This document shows positions 11,900 through 24,675 of a stretch of 64,000 nucleotides of DNA, in pieces; position 1 is the stretch's first letter; the number at the start of each line of letters is the position of its first letter. The position numbers and the translations under genes are program-made. Origin of the DNA: Leucoraja erinacea (Eukaryota); the NCBI RefSeq assembly GCF_028641065.1, contig NC_073402.1, forward strand, positions 10,974,001 through 11,038,000, in the 5' to 3' direction. A model generated the notes under the pieces. It was not told the DNA's origin. It made no database searches and worked only from the letters and a program-made list of their open reading frames with translations.

Positions 11900-13620
11900 T
11901 CTCACGGCATCACCCCAGTCAGGCCCCTTCAGAATTTCTCTCAATCATCCCTCATTCTTCAAAATGCAGAGCATAGACCTGCAAGGCACCTGGACCTCCC
12001 TGAATACCACAATTTAATACTTACCAAGTGATGCCATACATTATTCAAGTAATGCTATGTTTTTCCAGCCTTTCCTGGAAAGCCTTTTATTTCTCTTCAC
12101 AATAGTCCATCACTACTTTTTGGGCCAATTTACATGACCTCTCTTTATCCTTTTGCAAACACTTTAGATCTTCCTCACAGCCTGTTTACCTTGTATCATC
12201 AAGGTAAACAGTCCCTTCATCTAAGTCATTAATAGATTGTTGATACCTTTTGGCACACGATTGAAAACTTACCTGTTTATTCCTACCTTTTTACCATCTG
12301 ACTGTTAACCAATCCTCTGTCTAAACTAATGTTAGAATCATCGCTGCGTACCTTTATTTTGTTCACATCTTTAATCTGGAGTTTTATCAAATTCCTTTTA
12401 GAAATTGAAATGCGCAACAGCCACTGGCTCCCCGTTATCTATCCTGCCAGTTATATTCTTATAGTACACACAATGGAAAGAGTTGGCCATCTGACCCTCA
12501 GGCCTGCCCCACTTAAAGCCAGGCCTCAACTATTATTCGGTACCAGAGCTCCATTCCCCTCATTTTCCTGATCTTTCAAAAATGCATCTCCCTCCTCTTC
12601 GAATATCCTCAATGATCTAGCCTCCATATTCCAAGGTAGAGAATTCCAGAGATTCACCACTGTTTGTAAGAAGAGTGTTTACACAGTTCAGCTCTTTTGC
12701 CCGTTTATTTTGTAACTATGTCCCCTCAGTCGAGACTCTCCCACTAGTGGAAACATCTATCCCACTATGTCCTCCTAGAATCTCACATGTTTCAGTAAGA
12801 TCACCCCTCATTCTCCTAAACTTTAAATAAATCAGATCTAATTTATTTTGCCATTGTGATAGGCTAGCTATCTCTGATCCATGAATTAACTGTACATCTC
12901 TTTATAAACTGCCTCCACTGCTAATACATTCTCGTTTAGATTTGCTACCAAACTTTGTGCCGTATTCTAGCTGTGGCCTCAGCAAAGCTCTGTACAATTG
13001 CAACAATACTTCCTTATTTTGGAATTCTAATGTGCCATTTGCCTATCTTACCACTAGCTGCAGCTGCCTGCTTACATGTTCATAAGTTCATAAATGATAG
13101 GAGTAGAATTTGGCCCATTAAGTCTACTCCGCCATTCAATCATGGCTGATCTATTTCTCCCTATTAACCCAATTCTCCTGCCTTCTTTCCATAACCTCTG
13201 ACACCATGTTGTGATCCATGTGCAGATCTCTCTGTACTTCACACATTTACAATCTCCATTTAGATAATAGACTGCCTTTTGATTGCTCTCACCAAAATGC
13301 ATGACTCGCATCCTTGCATAAAACTCCATTTGTCAGATTTTCGCCCACTCACTCAATTTATCTGCACCCTGTTGCAGAATCAAGATATCCGCATTGCAAT
13401 ATGAGGATTCTGATAAATTAATCAAACCCAAGTTCTCTTTCATAAATTAATGTGAACTCCACCTAATCATTTAATGCTTTTCTAAGTACTCAATTATAAT
13501 AATGGAATCCAGCGTTTTCCTCACAATCCATGTTAAGGTGACTGACCTATAATTTCCTGCCTTCTTTCTTCCTTGTCTTGAATGCTGCTTTCACATTTGC
13601 TTTGCTTCAACCAACTGGGT
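11900..13620 (-). mobile_element. Cluster of decayed CR1 fragments
   Basis: Minus-strand peptide VMHFGESNQKAVYYLNG; CR1 3'UTR piece at about 13080-13205 (GGAGTAGAATTTGGCC...CATTCAATCATGGCTGATC). Confidence 0.6.
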
Positions 13621-14327
13621 TCTTTTCAGAATTCAGAATTTTATGGAATGTATGGTGTTACGACTCCCGAGTGCAGGTACTTCCAGGGCCGCGTAACATA
13701 ATTCAAAAACCAGGTTCAAGTTCAAAAATCTTTTAATTATTCAATGGAACACAAAACCCAAACCTGATTTAAACAACCCAGTCAGGGATATGGATGGACT
13801 AACAAACAATCAAACAGTGCTCCAGCCAGCCACGTAATGGACCGTCGAAACCAGAGACTCTAAAACCTGCCTAAAGAGATATAACCCTGAAACAAAATGC
13901 ACGAAAACACTAAGGTCAGCCCATATCCGTCCCATTTCAATATCTGTTAACAAGTAATGGTGAAAGTACACAACGTTCTATGCCATGTGGCCAGGCCTTC
14001 CTCAGCTCACACCAGCAGGCTGCTCACAAGTCAGGGTCTACGAAGAAGAGAGAGAATCCTGGGAAACACTGGTATTTAAGCTTCAGATGAGTCACCTGTC
14101 ACCTGACTCAGCTTGGCCAATCGGGTACAGGAGCCTTTAACCCCTTGATTCCAGACTCGCAGCCACGAGGCCTGTACTCGGGAGAGAAACAGAGAAAGGT
14201 AAATACATAGCATTCACTAGGGGGGGGGGGAGCGCCTAACACCCCCACCCAAAGATACTGAATAAGTTTTGGAAGAAGAGAGAAAAAAACACCACCAAAT
14301 CCCAGAAACTATTCAAGAGCTAAAACA

Positions 14328-16989
14328 CTACTGGCGCGACAAGGCGTCAGCCAAGACATTATCCTTGCCACGGATATGCCTGACCTCCAGGTTGTAGTCT
14401 TGCAGCTGCAAACTCCAGCTCATTAACCGCCGGTTCTTATTCTTCATATTCTGCAAAAATACCAAAGGATTATGATCCGTGAGTAGAATGACAGGGACAT
14501 TCGAGGAGCCAACATAAACCTCGAAATGATTCAGAGACATTAAAACAGCAAGGGTTTCTTTCTCAATGGTGGAGTATCACTTCTGATGACGATTAAACCT
14601 CTTAGAGAAATACGAAACTGGATGCACCACCCCATCTGAATCATCCTGTAGAAGAACTCCACCAACCCCACGATCACTAGCATCCACTGCCAGCTTAAAT
14701 GGACACTCAAAATCAGGTGCCGCAAGCACAGGTGCGTGCACCAGAAGACTTTTAGTATGATCAAAGGCTTGTTTACACTCTGCGGACCACATAAAAGCTA
14801 CCTTCAGACTCAGCAAATCCGTCAAAGGAGCAGCCACCGCAGAGAAGTTGGGACAGAACCCTCTATAGTAACCAACCATAGCCAGATACCTACGGAGTTC
14901 AGTCCTAGAGGTTGGAGCAGGAAATGCGACAATGTGCCCCACCTTTTCCTCGAGAGTGCGAACCTGACCCCGGCCCACCACCTTACCCAGATACGTTACC
15001 GTGGCCTGGCCAAACTCACACTTCCCCAGATTGATCGTTAGGTTTGCCTCCGCAAGACGATGAAATACCTCCTTCAGATGACCGATGTGTTTGATCCACG
15101 ACCTGGAGCACACAACCAAATCATCAAGGTATGCCTCACAGAAGGTCAAACCAGACAATACAATGTTCACCAACCGTTGGAAGGTTGCCGGCGCCTTGCG
15201 CATCCCAAATGCCATTACCGTGTACTGAAGAAAGTCATCAGGCGTAATGAACACAGAGAACTCCCTCGCCCGCCTAGTCAAAGGGACTTGCCAATAGCCT
15301 TTTAACAAGTCCAACTTAGACACAAAAGATGCACTTCCCACACGATCCACGCAATCCTCCATCCGTGGAAGAGGATAACAATCCGGCATAGTTACACCAT
15401 TTGCTTTCCGAAAGTCCATGCAAAACCTGTCCTCCCCATTAGCCTTCGTAGCCAGTAGACACGGACTACAACTAGGTTCAGCTATGCCATGCCGCCGCAT
15501 ATAGTCAACCTGACTCCTTAGACGATGACGCTTGTCAGGGTTGACCCGATACGGATGCTGTTTAATTGGCGCAGCACCGGCCACGTCAATGTCATGCTGC
15601 AGCACAGACGTCTGAGAAGGCACATCCGAGAACAGTGACCCATATGACTCCACCAAAGCAAGCAGGTCACCCCGCTGACTTCCAGTCAAATGAGACAACC
15701 GCAAGGGAAGCGACTCCAAAGCCTCAGAGTTACACAGCTTTCCCTGCGTCACTGCCACAGACAACCGTGGCTCACCCACATCACCACCCGTGTCAGGGGG
15801 CAGCACCACTGCAGCCAAAACAGGCTTAGACGAAACCGAAGGACCCAGCTCCTCCCCATCAACCTCCACAGGCTCCTGCTCATGGTACTGCTTCAGCATA
15901 TTAACATGACAGAGCTGAGTCTTACGCCTCCGATCAGGGGTACCAATAACGTAATCCCTCTCACCAACCTTCTTAACCATCTGATACCGAGCCTGCAGAC
16001 TGGAACCAGGAATTGGCAACAACACCAGGACCTTGTTACCTGGAGAAAAATTCCTACTAGAAACCTTCCTGTCGAACCAGTCCTTCTTCCTAGACTGAGC
16101 AGAAGCAAGATTGCCCATTGCCAGTTTGCATGCCCTCCTCAGTCTAGAGCGAAAAGTACAGACGTGGTCTAAAATACTATGTTTTGTATCCTCCTGCAAC
16201 CATTTCTCCTTCAGGACCCTCAACGGACCACGTACAGTATGCGCGAACACCAGGTCAGTAGGACTGAACCCTAAAGACTCCTGCACGACCTCACGCACCG
16301 CAAACATAACAAGATGAACCCCCTCATCCCAGTCTTTATCAAACTCCAGGCAGTAAGTCCTCAACATAGATTTCAAAGTCTGGTGAAACCTCTCGAGAGC
16401 CCCCTGGCTCTCAGGATGATACGCACTGGAGTAACAATGCTTAATATCTAACAACTTCATTACCTGACCAAAAACCTTCGACATGAAGTTGGAACCTTGG
16501 TCACTCTGCACAACCTTGGGCAAACCAAACAACGAAAAAAACTTAGTGAGAGACTTCACAATGGTAGGGGCAGTAATTCTACACAAAGGGACCACGTCCG
16601 GAAAGCGGGTAGACGCACACATAATTGTCAATAAAAACTTGTTGCCCACCCTTGTCCGAGGTAGAGGACCCACACAATCAACTAGAATCCGCTCAAACGG
16701 CTCACCGACCACAGGGATTGGATATAAAGGCGCAGGAACAATCGATTGGTTCGGCTTTCCTGCCACCTGGCAAATGTGACAACACCTGCACTGCTGTTTC
16801 ACGTCCTTTTTCAACCCTGGCCAAAATAAAATTCCGTAAGATACGGTCATACGTCTTATTGACCCCCAAATGTCCACCCAGAGGACCATCATGAGCCAAA
16901 CAGAGTATCTCGTCCCTATACCGACGAGGCATCACAATCTGATCAACCACGCTCCAATCATCATGCCCGATATATCCAAGGGAGACCAC
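14328..16989 (-). pseudogene. Gmr1 pol: integrase, then RT, then RNase H
   Basis: AHDGPLGGHLG..CHIC (HHCC), VDCVGP, SDQGSNF, YHPESQGALERFHQ; then LDLLKGYWQV, MAFGM, YLDD; then VDASD, TDHNPL, NVLADALSR. Confidence 0.92.
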
Positions 16990-18850
16990 TTTCGCATCAG
17001 TAAGCCCTCCCTTAGAAAATACCCATTTGCTGTGGAATCCATATCCCCCTCAGGCACCGCGCAGTCGAACAGATCGGATAAACCTGGATCACTCTTTTGC
17101 TCCTCAACCAGCCGGTCACGTGACAGCGACACTGGCACATTTCCAGACCCTACCCCATCTTGAGATGTAGAAACACCCTTTGCAACACAGGATCTATCAT
17201 CCTGATCCCCAAAAATGCTCTCACTCAGGTCCACCACATCCTCAAACTTTGCCTGGCTCTTAGCCATAGCCCTCGTGACAGCACAAGCTGCGAAGACCCT
17301 CGGATGCTGCATAGCCAATCTATCAGGACTCTGCACCATCGGAACAGCCGTCACCTCAGGAGGAACTAAAACTCTACCTCCTGCCAATTCATTCCCCAAA
17401 ATCACAGAAACTCCCCCAACGGGAAAACACGGTCGTAACCCAACAGTTACCCGGCCTGAAACCAACTCGGACTCGAGACTCACTGTATGCAAAGGCATTA
17501 CCATGTCATCCATCCCGAATCCTACCACTGGGACACTTGACCCAACTGATGATTCCCCAGAAAACGGCAGTACACTATCCAATATAAAGGACTGAGTAGC
17601 ACCAGTATCATGCAAGATGGATACTGGAACTCTATCACCCCCATCCTCCAGAGAAACAAAACCATTCATGATGAATGCAGAATAATTCCTACACTCATCA
17701 GACTCAGGCACCTCAGGTACCACAGGTGCCTTCTGTGTACCCACCAAAGCCACAGGCTTTGCATTTTTCTGCTTCAGAACGGGACACGACTTCAACATGT
17801 GCCCTTTCCCTCTACAATAGTACCACACAGGACCTTCCTTAGTCCTCAAATTTCCATCAACCTTATCAGCTCGGACCTCCCCCTGTATCAACGTGCTGCT
17901 AATTGCAGGCACAGAAACACCTTTGACACTGCCACCGGCGACACCACCACGATCAACCGGCCGTGCACCAAAACTATAGGATCGCCCAACAAAATCAGTT
18001 TTATGAGTCAATACATACTCATCTGCCAACACCACGGCCTTAGACACCTCATTCACCTTCTGCTCATTGAGGTAAGTAGTAACCCTCTCAGGGAGACAGT
18101 TCTTAAAGTCTTCCATAATCATCAAGGACCGCAGTTGCCCAATATCCTTCACTCCTTGAGAAGCGCACCACCTGTCAAAAAGTGCCTCCTTCTCCCTAGC
18201 AAACTCCACATAAGTCTGACTATCAAGCTTCCTAAATCACTGGAATTTCTGCTGGTGTGCCTCTGGAACTAATTCATAAGCCCTTAATATTGTAGACATC
18301 ACACACTCATAGTCCAGACTGCTTTCAACAGCCAAAGACGAGTACACCTCCCGTGCTTTACCCACAAGGACACACTGCAATAGCAAGGTCCACACGTCCC
18401 TAGGCCACTTCAAGGACAAAGCCACCCATTCAAACACTGTGAAAAACTTGTCCACATCCTTCTCACTAAACGGGGGAACCAGCGGATGTTCTTGCTCATA
18501 TCAAATTCCCGTTCCCTAGAAGAAACCCGGGAGGCATCCAATTCCTTCTCCTGCAGCCTAATCTCTGCCCTCTTGGTTTCATCCTCAGCCATTGCCAGCT
18601 CTAACTCCTTCAACCTAATGACTGCCTCCATGTCCTGACCAGAAGGTGGGGGACTGTCTGCACAGCCAGGCAAAACCCCACCCTCCACCAACGCAGCCCA
18701 CAACACTGATTTAATGGACTGTGTCTTTGAATGCTTGTCAATAGGCACGTCATAGTTCTCTGCCAGCAAAATCAAATGCTCCTTCGTACATCTATCAAAC
18801 AACTCCCGACTAGGAGCCTCAACAAAGTCTTGCACCTTAAATTCCATATC
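16932..18850 (-). pseudogene. Gmr1 gag (SCAN-related capsid, zinc knuckle) and aspartic protease
   Basis: WTLLLQCVLVGKAREVY..ILRAYELVPEA; YYCRGKGHMLKSC; LHDTGATQS; in several frames. Confidence 0.88.
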
Positions 18851-20239
18851 AAATGTAGCACCAAACCACCAGCTAAACTCTGGGCACAAATGCTACCACA
18901 AACAGGGAAGAAAAAATTCCCTCACACACACACAGACTTCCTCAGTCACCAGAAGCCTACCAAAAAAAACCCCCAAAAACATCTGGGGCCCTCACAGCTT
19001 AGGACGAGCCCCCATTTTGTTACGACTCCCGAATGCAGGTACTTCAGAGCCGCGTAACATAATTCAAAAACCAGGTTCAAGTTCAAAAATCTTTTAATTA
19101 TTGAATGGAACACAAAACCCAAACCTGATTTAAACAACCCAGTCAGGGATATGGATGGACTAACAAACAATTAAACAGTGCTCCAGCCAGCCACGTAATG
19201 GACTGTCGAACCAGAGACTCTAAAACCTGCCTATAGAGATATAACCCTGAAACAAAATGTACGAAAACACTAAGGTCAGCCCTTATCCATCCCAACTCAA
19301 TATTTGTTAACAAGTAATGGTGAAAGTACACAATGTTCTATGCCATGTGGCCAGGCCTTCCTCAGCTCACACCAGCAGGCTGCTCACAAGTCAGGGTCTA
19401 CAAAGAAGAGAGAGAATCCTGGGATACTCTGGTATTTAAGCTTCAGATGAGTCACCCGTCACCTGACGTAGCTTGGCCAATTGGGTACAGGAGCCTTTAA
19501 CCCCTTGATTCCAGACTCACAGCCACGAGGCCTGTACTCGGGAGAGAAACAGAGAAAGGTAAATACATAACATTCACCGGGTGGGGGGGGGGGGGAGCAC
19601 CTAACATATGCCAATATGCCCAATATCTGCAGCCACCTCTTTAGAACTCCAGCACCAGTTTGATGGATTTATCAACCTTTGGTCCCATTGGTTTGTTCAG
19701 CACTCAGTCTCCAAGATATTGCTTGAAGTACCTCATTCTTTTTTGCCCCTTAGTTTCGAAGGAAAACTAGTTTTCCAATTTTCTGCTGTGAAGCAAACAA
19801 AAACAAAATGTTTAATGTCACTGATAATTTCCAAATATTAATTATTCAATCAAAGCTGCAAAGAGGCCAACATTAAGCCTCTTTCTCCTCATGTAGAAAC
19901 TCGTTCAAGCCAATTTCCGGTCAAATTTTATCTCCTTGCTTTATCAATTTGTCCTTTTCTGATCTCGATAGTTCTCCTAATTCTCAGGTTAATCTCTATT
20001 TATTGAGACTTTGAGCCCTTTCTATCAGCTGAACATAATGCTTAATATTTAGTTGGCTAAACATTTTCCACTTTCTATTTCTCAATGAATTGTGTGATTA
20101 TTCGTGTTAATGAAATAATTCTTTAGATATTTTACACTGCTAGTCAACCTTCTTATCTTTAAATCTAATTTCCAAATCTATTTCAGTCAAGTCACCCCCA
20201 GATCAATCCTAAAAAATTAAACCACGACTAAATTTATTA

Positions 20240-20795
20240 CTCTCAAAATGTTCCGCAGCAGTGTCCTGGGGAGCCGTGTGTGCCCGATCCACGCGCCGAA
20301 CAATCGCGGCACCGAAGACCGGAATCCGCCCCGGTAGGCCCAACTCACACCATGGGTCTACCAGGGGACACCAGAGAAGCCGGGCTGCGAAGCTTGTCGA
20401 GGCCGAAAGAGCCTCAGAGGTGGCAGCGATGGGAGCCACGGCGGCAATGTGGGCCTCGGTGGCGGTGGGGCCACACGGTCGATGAGCGTAATGGGGGGAG
20501 GGGAAGGCAATGGGGACCCATGGGGGGGGGTGGGGGGCGTGCCCTGAGGAACAATGGGGGATCCGGTTGTGGGGGGGGAGGGGGGGGGGGGCAATTTAGT
20601 TTAGAATCCTCTGCCCAGGGGATAAGTGTGTTTATTTGTACCGGTGAAGGTGCTGTGCACACAGCAGGCAGCCATTAGTCGCCTGTCTTTTTCTTTTGTT
20701 TTTACTTTTATTTCAAGTTTTTGTGTACCTTGTGTGTTGTGACTATCAGCAGACCAATTTCCCTGCGGTGATGAATAAAGTTTTATTGTAACGTA
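20240..20795 (+). mobile_element. GC-rich non-coding retroelement fragment with LINE-like 3' tail
   Basis: CpG-rich body and G-runs, ending CCAATTTCCCTGCGGTGATGAATAAAGTTTTATTGTA. Confidence 0.5.
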
Positions 20796-21118
20796 TGTAC
20801 CTGCATATGTTGATTAATATAATCACTCTATCCCAGGAGATCGTATACCAGAATTGCCAGTGTCTCATCACACTGAAATATACCTAAAAGAACTATACCC
20901 TGTGATGTCACAACGCATTGTTCGAGGAAAACATATCAAATTATGACATATATTGATATGATGGATAGAGAAGTGTTAAACACTAAGGAGAGTCGGTTTA
21001 AGTCAGAGGGGAGGCAATTTTTTTCCACATTGTTTTTGGTGCCTCACATGCATTGCCTGGAGTGGTGATGGAAGCACATATGATATTAATGGTTAAAGCA
21101 TTTAGAAAGCCATATGAA

Positions 21119-21400
21119 AAGTCAAGTCAAGTGTTTTATTGTCATATGTCCCGAAACGAAACAATTAAATTCTTACTTGCAGCAGCACAATATGTATGTA
21201 AACATGATATTTAGTTGGCAACATAATAAACACCAAAAAGAAGTTCAATATAAAAAAACAAGCAAACAATATAGTGCCAAGCCAAAATCAAAGCCCAAAT
21301 TTCCTAGTGCAATCAATGTCGTTCATAGTTTGAGTTTGCAGTGTTCAATATCCTGATGGTCATTGAGAAGAACCTGCTCCTGAATATGGATGTTACAGGA
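21119..21400 (-). mobile_element. Rex1/Babar-like LINE 3' end
   Basis: Minus-strand tail TTTCGTTTCGGGACATATGACAATAAAACAC(TTGAC)n. Confidence 0.55.
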
Positions 21401-21479
21401 TATTACTCTGGTAATAAAAGTTCATTTCAAAACCTTAGAAAAACATGACCACTTTCCAGCCCTCAGGAGCTATCTCCCA

Positions 21480-22060
21480 GCAACTGTAGACAGTGATGAT
21501 GGAATTCATCATTGGCTCCAGTGTACCAGCACAGCCTTTGGTTAACGGGACAAATATAGACTACTGAAAGCAGCACCTCCAGTCACTGGAAGGTGCCAAT
21601 GCTGATCTGCAAAATCCAACAGATTTACTGGAAGAATAAGTAATTCAATGTCAGCATTGTCTCCTAAGCCAACGTTGCCAGTATTGAGTCTACTGGCATA
21701 CCTCCATTTGCATACCCAGTACCAGATTCCTAGTTTCTGTCATTGGAGGTTATTACCAGAGGAAAAGATTCAAGGATGTTCTCAAAGCCTTCTTGAAAAA
21801 GTGGCAATACTCTCCTGACCTCTGTGAATCACTGGCCACCTGTTCAAAGTAGAGACACTTTGGTTAAAACAAATCAAATTCATGCTCAGGGGGGCACTTA
21901 GATGCCCAGAATAAAGGACATAGAGCACAATATCTCCCATACTACCACAAACCAGCACCTCATGACCATCTGTGGATCCCACATTAATCTCATCAGTTTC
22001 TCAGAAACCTGGAGAGGAAGCACTTCATCCTTGAACCCGTGGGACCACCTGGCAACAAGA
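21480..22060 (+). mobile_element. Decayed RTE (BovB-like) LINE 3' fragment
   Basis: Degenerate RKRFKDVLK-like C-terminal peptide and a GGATCCCACATT 3' motif. Confidence 0.45.
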
Positions 22061-22141
22061 GGATGACTGGAAATCACACAAAATATTGTGTTTCATGAAG
22101 AAACACTCACCCATGTGTGTAGTTTCTGTTTTATATATATA

Positions 22142-22191
22142 CTAGACCAAGTGCAGACCCATTGGGTCTGTTTCCCCGATGCGCGTTTGCT

Positions 22192-22226
<35 letters not shown>

Positions 22227-22870
22227 CTGCGGCATCACACTCACACTAACCACCCCCCAAACACAGGTGGGAGAGGGGGAATAGTGGTGAGGGAGGGGGG
22301 GGGTTAAGAGTGCGGAAGAGGGGTAGGGGAGTGGTGGAAAAGCAGAGATGGGTAGGGAAGAGAGGTGGGGGTTGGCATGGGGGGGAGGAGGGAGAGGGGG
22401 GTAGGGAGAGGGGGGAAAGGCAGGAGGAGGGGTGCAGGAGGGGGTGAGAGGGTGGGGGGGGGGGGGAGAGGGAGGATGGTGGGGGGGGGAGGGGGAGGGA
22501 GGAGGGGCAGGGAGAATGGGGGAGGAGAGGGAAGGGAGGGGGGTAGAGGGGGGGGGGAGGGAGGGGTGGGGGAGGGGAGGGGGGGGGGGGGGGGGAGATA
22601 AGTGGAAGTTTCGGGAGGGAGGAAAAGGTGTAGGGGGTAGTGGTGGAAGTGGGAGAGGGGTAGGAGGAGTGGTGGAAGAGGGACAAAGGGGTAGGGAGAA
22701 GGGGTGGGGGATAGAGGGGAGCGAGGGGGAATGGAGGGGGAGGGAGAAGGGTGGGCAAAGGAGTAGAGAAGGGGAGGGAGAGGGGTTAGGGGGGGTGGTG
22801 GTGGAAGAGGGACGGGGGAGAGAGATGGAGGGGGTGGGGGAGAGAGGGAAGGGGGACTAAATAGACATAT
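22142..22870 (-). mobile_element. Non-autonomous Helitron-like 3' end followed by a long purine-rich (G/A) low-complexity tract
   Basis: Minus strand: hairpin CAGACCC-AAT-GGGTCTG about 10 nt before terminal CTAG|T. Poly-G at about 22192-22226 and G-rich tract 22270-22860. Confidence 0.6.
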
Positions 22871-23144
22871 GGTAAGTTTCATCATGAAGCGTAATATTTT
22901 GTGCAATCCTATTACAATGAGAAAATTGATCATCAATTATAGATGTGAAGTTTTTGATGAACTCAGACTTGCATTTATTATTTTCATCCTGAATAGGAGA
23001 AAATAATTCTCATAAAACCAATAAATGTTCATTACATTTTGTACATTTGTAAAATGTATAGTTTGTAGCACATTGCGAAATGAATATGTAAGAACATGTT
23101 TTTAAAACATTAAGCTCCTTTCTAAAAGTAAAACATTTCAATAT

Positions 23145-23414
23145 TCCTAGTCCCAATCCTTACGTGGAGCTCGGAGAAGCAGCAAGCAGAAGCAGAGAGA
23201 AGAGACTATTGGCTTGATAGTCCGTGAGAAAGAAGGTGAGTCACAGGGAAAGAGTTTCAAAAGAGCGGCAAGACCCGGTCCTAGTCCAAGTCCTTACGTG
23301 GAACTCGGAGAAGTAGCAAGCAAAGCAGAGAGAAGAGACTATTGGCTTGGAAGTCCATGATAAAGAAGATGAGTCACAGAGAAAGACAGTTTAAAAAGAG
23401 CCACAAGACCAAGG
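23145..23414 (+). repeat. Two ~134-bp tandem monomers at the CR1 5' end
   Basis: TCCTAGTCC..CTTACGTGGA.CTCGGAGAAG...GAGTCACAG...CAAGACC repeated at 23145 and 23279. Confidence 0.85.
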
Positions 23415-24416
23415 TTCAGGTAATTTACTAATTAGCCCTAAAGTAGCTAGTTAGGTAAGAGATTAAAAACAAGTGCAGCTGTGGCAGAACGGCCTTTCAG
23501 AAGTGAAGTGGTGAGTAAATTGTGAGTCTTCAGTGAAGAGATTGAGGCAAGGAGGCTACACTTAATTCGAAAGCTGTGATTTTTTGTCCGATGAAAAAAT
23601 GGCCGGTAAGTTGGTGCTGTGTCTTTCCTGCAGGATGTGGGAAGTCAGGGACACTGCTGGTACTTCTGGAAACCACAACTGTGGAAATTATGTCCAGGTG
23701 CAGCTCCTGAATGAATGTGTTGGGGAACTGGAGCAGCAGTTGGATGACCTCAGGGCCATCCGGGTAAATGAGAATTTCTTGGACAGAACCTACAGTAAGG
23801 TTGTCACACCAAAGATAGAGGAAGAGTGAAGGTGGGAGACTGAGAAAGAGGAATAAACGTGGAGTGCAGGAGACCCTACTGAAAACAGGTCCACCCTCTT
23901 GGAAATGGATGACGCATCAAGATTGAGTGGTAGTCAGGGCTGTGATTCCAACCCTGGTGCTGAGGCTCAATGGGAAGAGTGACATCTGGCAGAGCCATTG
24001 TGGTAGTAGACTCCATCGTCAGAGGTGCGGACAGGAAATTCAGCGGCAATAGGCGAGAATCCAGGATTGGGTGTTGCCTCCTGTTGCCAGGGTCCAGGAC
24101 GTCTCAGAGCGGCTGCACAACGTCCTCAAGAGTGAGGGGGAGCAGCCAGAGGTTGTTGTGCATTTTGGCACGAATGATATAGGTCGGAAGAGTAAGGAGG
24201 TTCTGCAACAAGATTTTATGGAATTGGGCAGAAGAGTGAAAAGCAGGACCTGCAGGGTAGTGATCTCAGGATTGCTTCCAGTACCTCGTGCTAGTGAAGG
24301 TACGAATAGGAATATAGAGGATATGAATGTATGGCTGAGGAGTTGGTGCACAGGGCATGGATTCGGATTTCTAGATCATTGGGATATCTTTTGGGGCAGG
24401 GGTGACCTGTATAAAA

Positions 24417-24675
24417 GGTCTGAGGCCAGGTGCCAACTCTCAGACCCCCCCTGATACTTATCCTTGGATGCGCTGACCTCTACCGGTCTGAGGCCAGGCG
24501 CCAACTCTCAGACACCTCCTCCTACTTATCCTTGGAACGCGCTGACCTCTACTGGTCTGAGGCCAGGCGCCAACTCCCAGACACCCCCTGATACCTATCC
24601 TTGGACGCGCTGACCTCTACCGGTCTGAGGCTAGGTGCCAACTCTCAGACACCTCCTCCGAATTATCCTTGGACC
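24417..24675 (+). repeat. Four ~68-bp tandem units at the Penelope 5' junction
   Basis: GGTCTGAGG starts at 24417, 24485, 24554 and 24622. Confidence 0.9.

Larger units (their letters stand above)
13656..19606 (-). mobile_element. Full-length Gypsy LTR retrotransposon, Gmr1 type (gag-PR-INT-RT-RH), with frameshifts and stops
   Basis: LTRs 13656-14241 and 19018-19606 (TGTTA...TAACA). tRNA-Pro PBS TGGGGGCTCGTCC at 19002-19014 (minus). PPT next to 14242. Flanks TATGG/TATGC are a 5-bp TSD with one mismatch. Confidence 0.95.

Noticed and set aside
22246-22936. Proline/glycine-rich ORFs
   Set aside because: Artefacts of the G/A low-complexity tract.
24417-24675. CRISPR-like regular repeats (also 2360-2685 and 54520-54697)
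   Set aside because: No unique spacers, no cas genes, eukaryotic TE context; these are plain tandem duplications.
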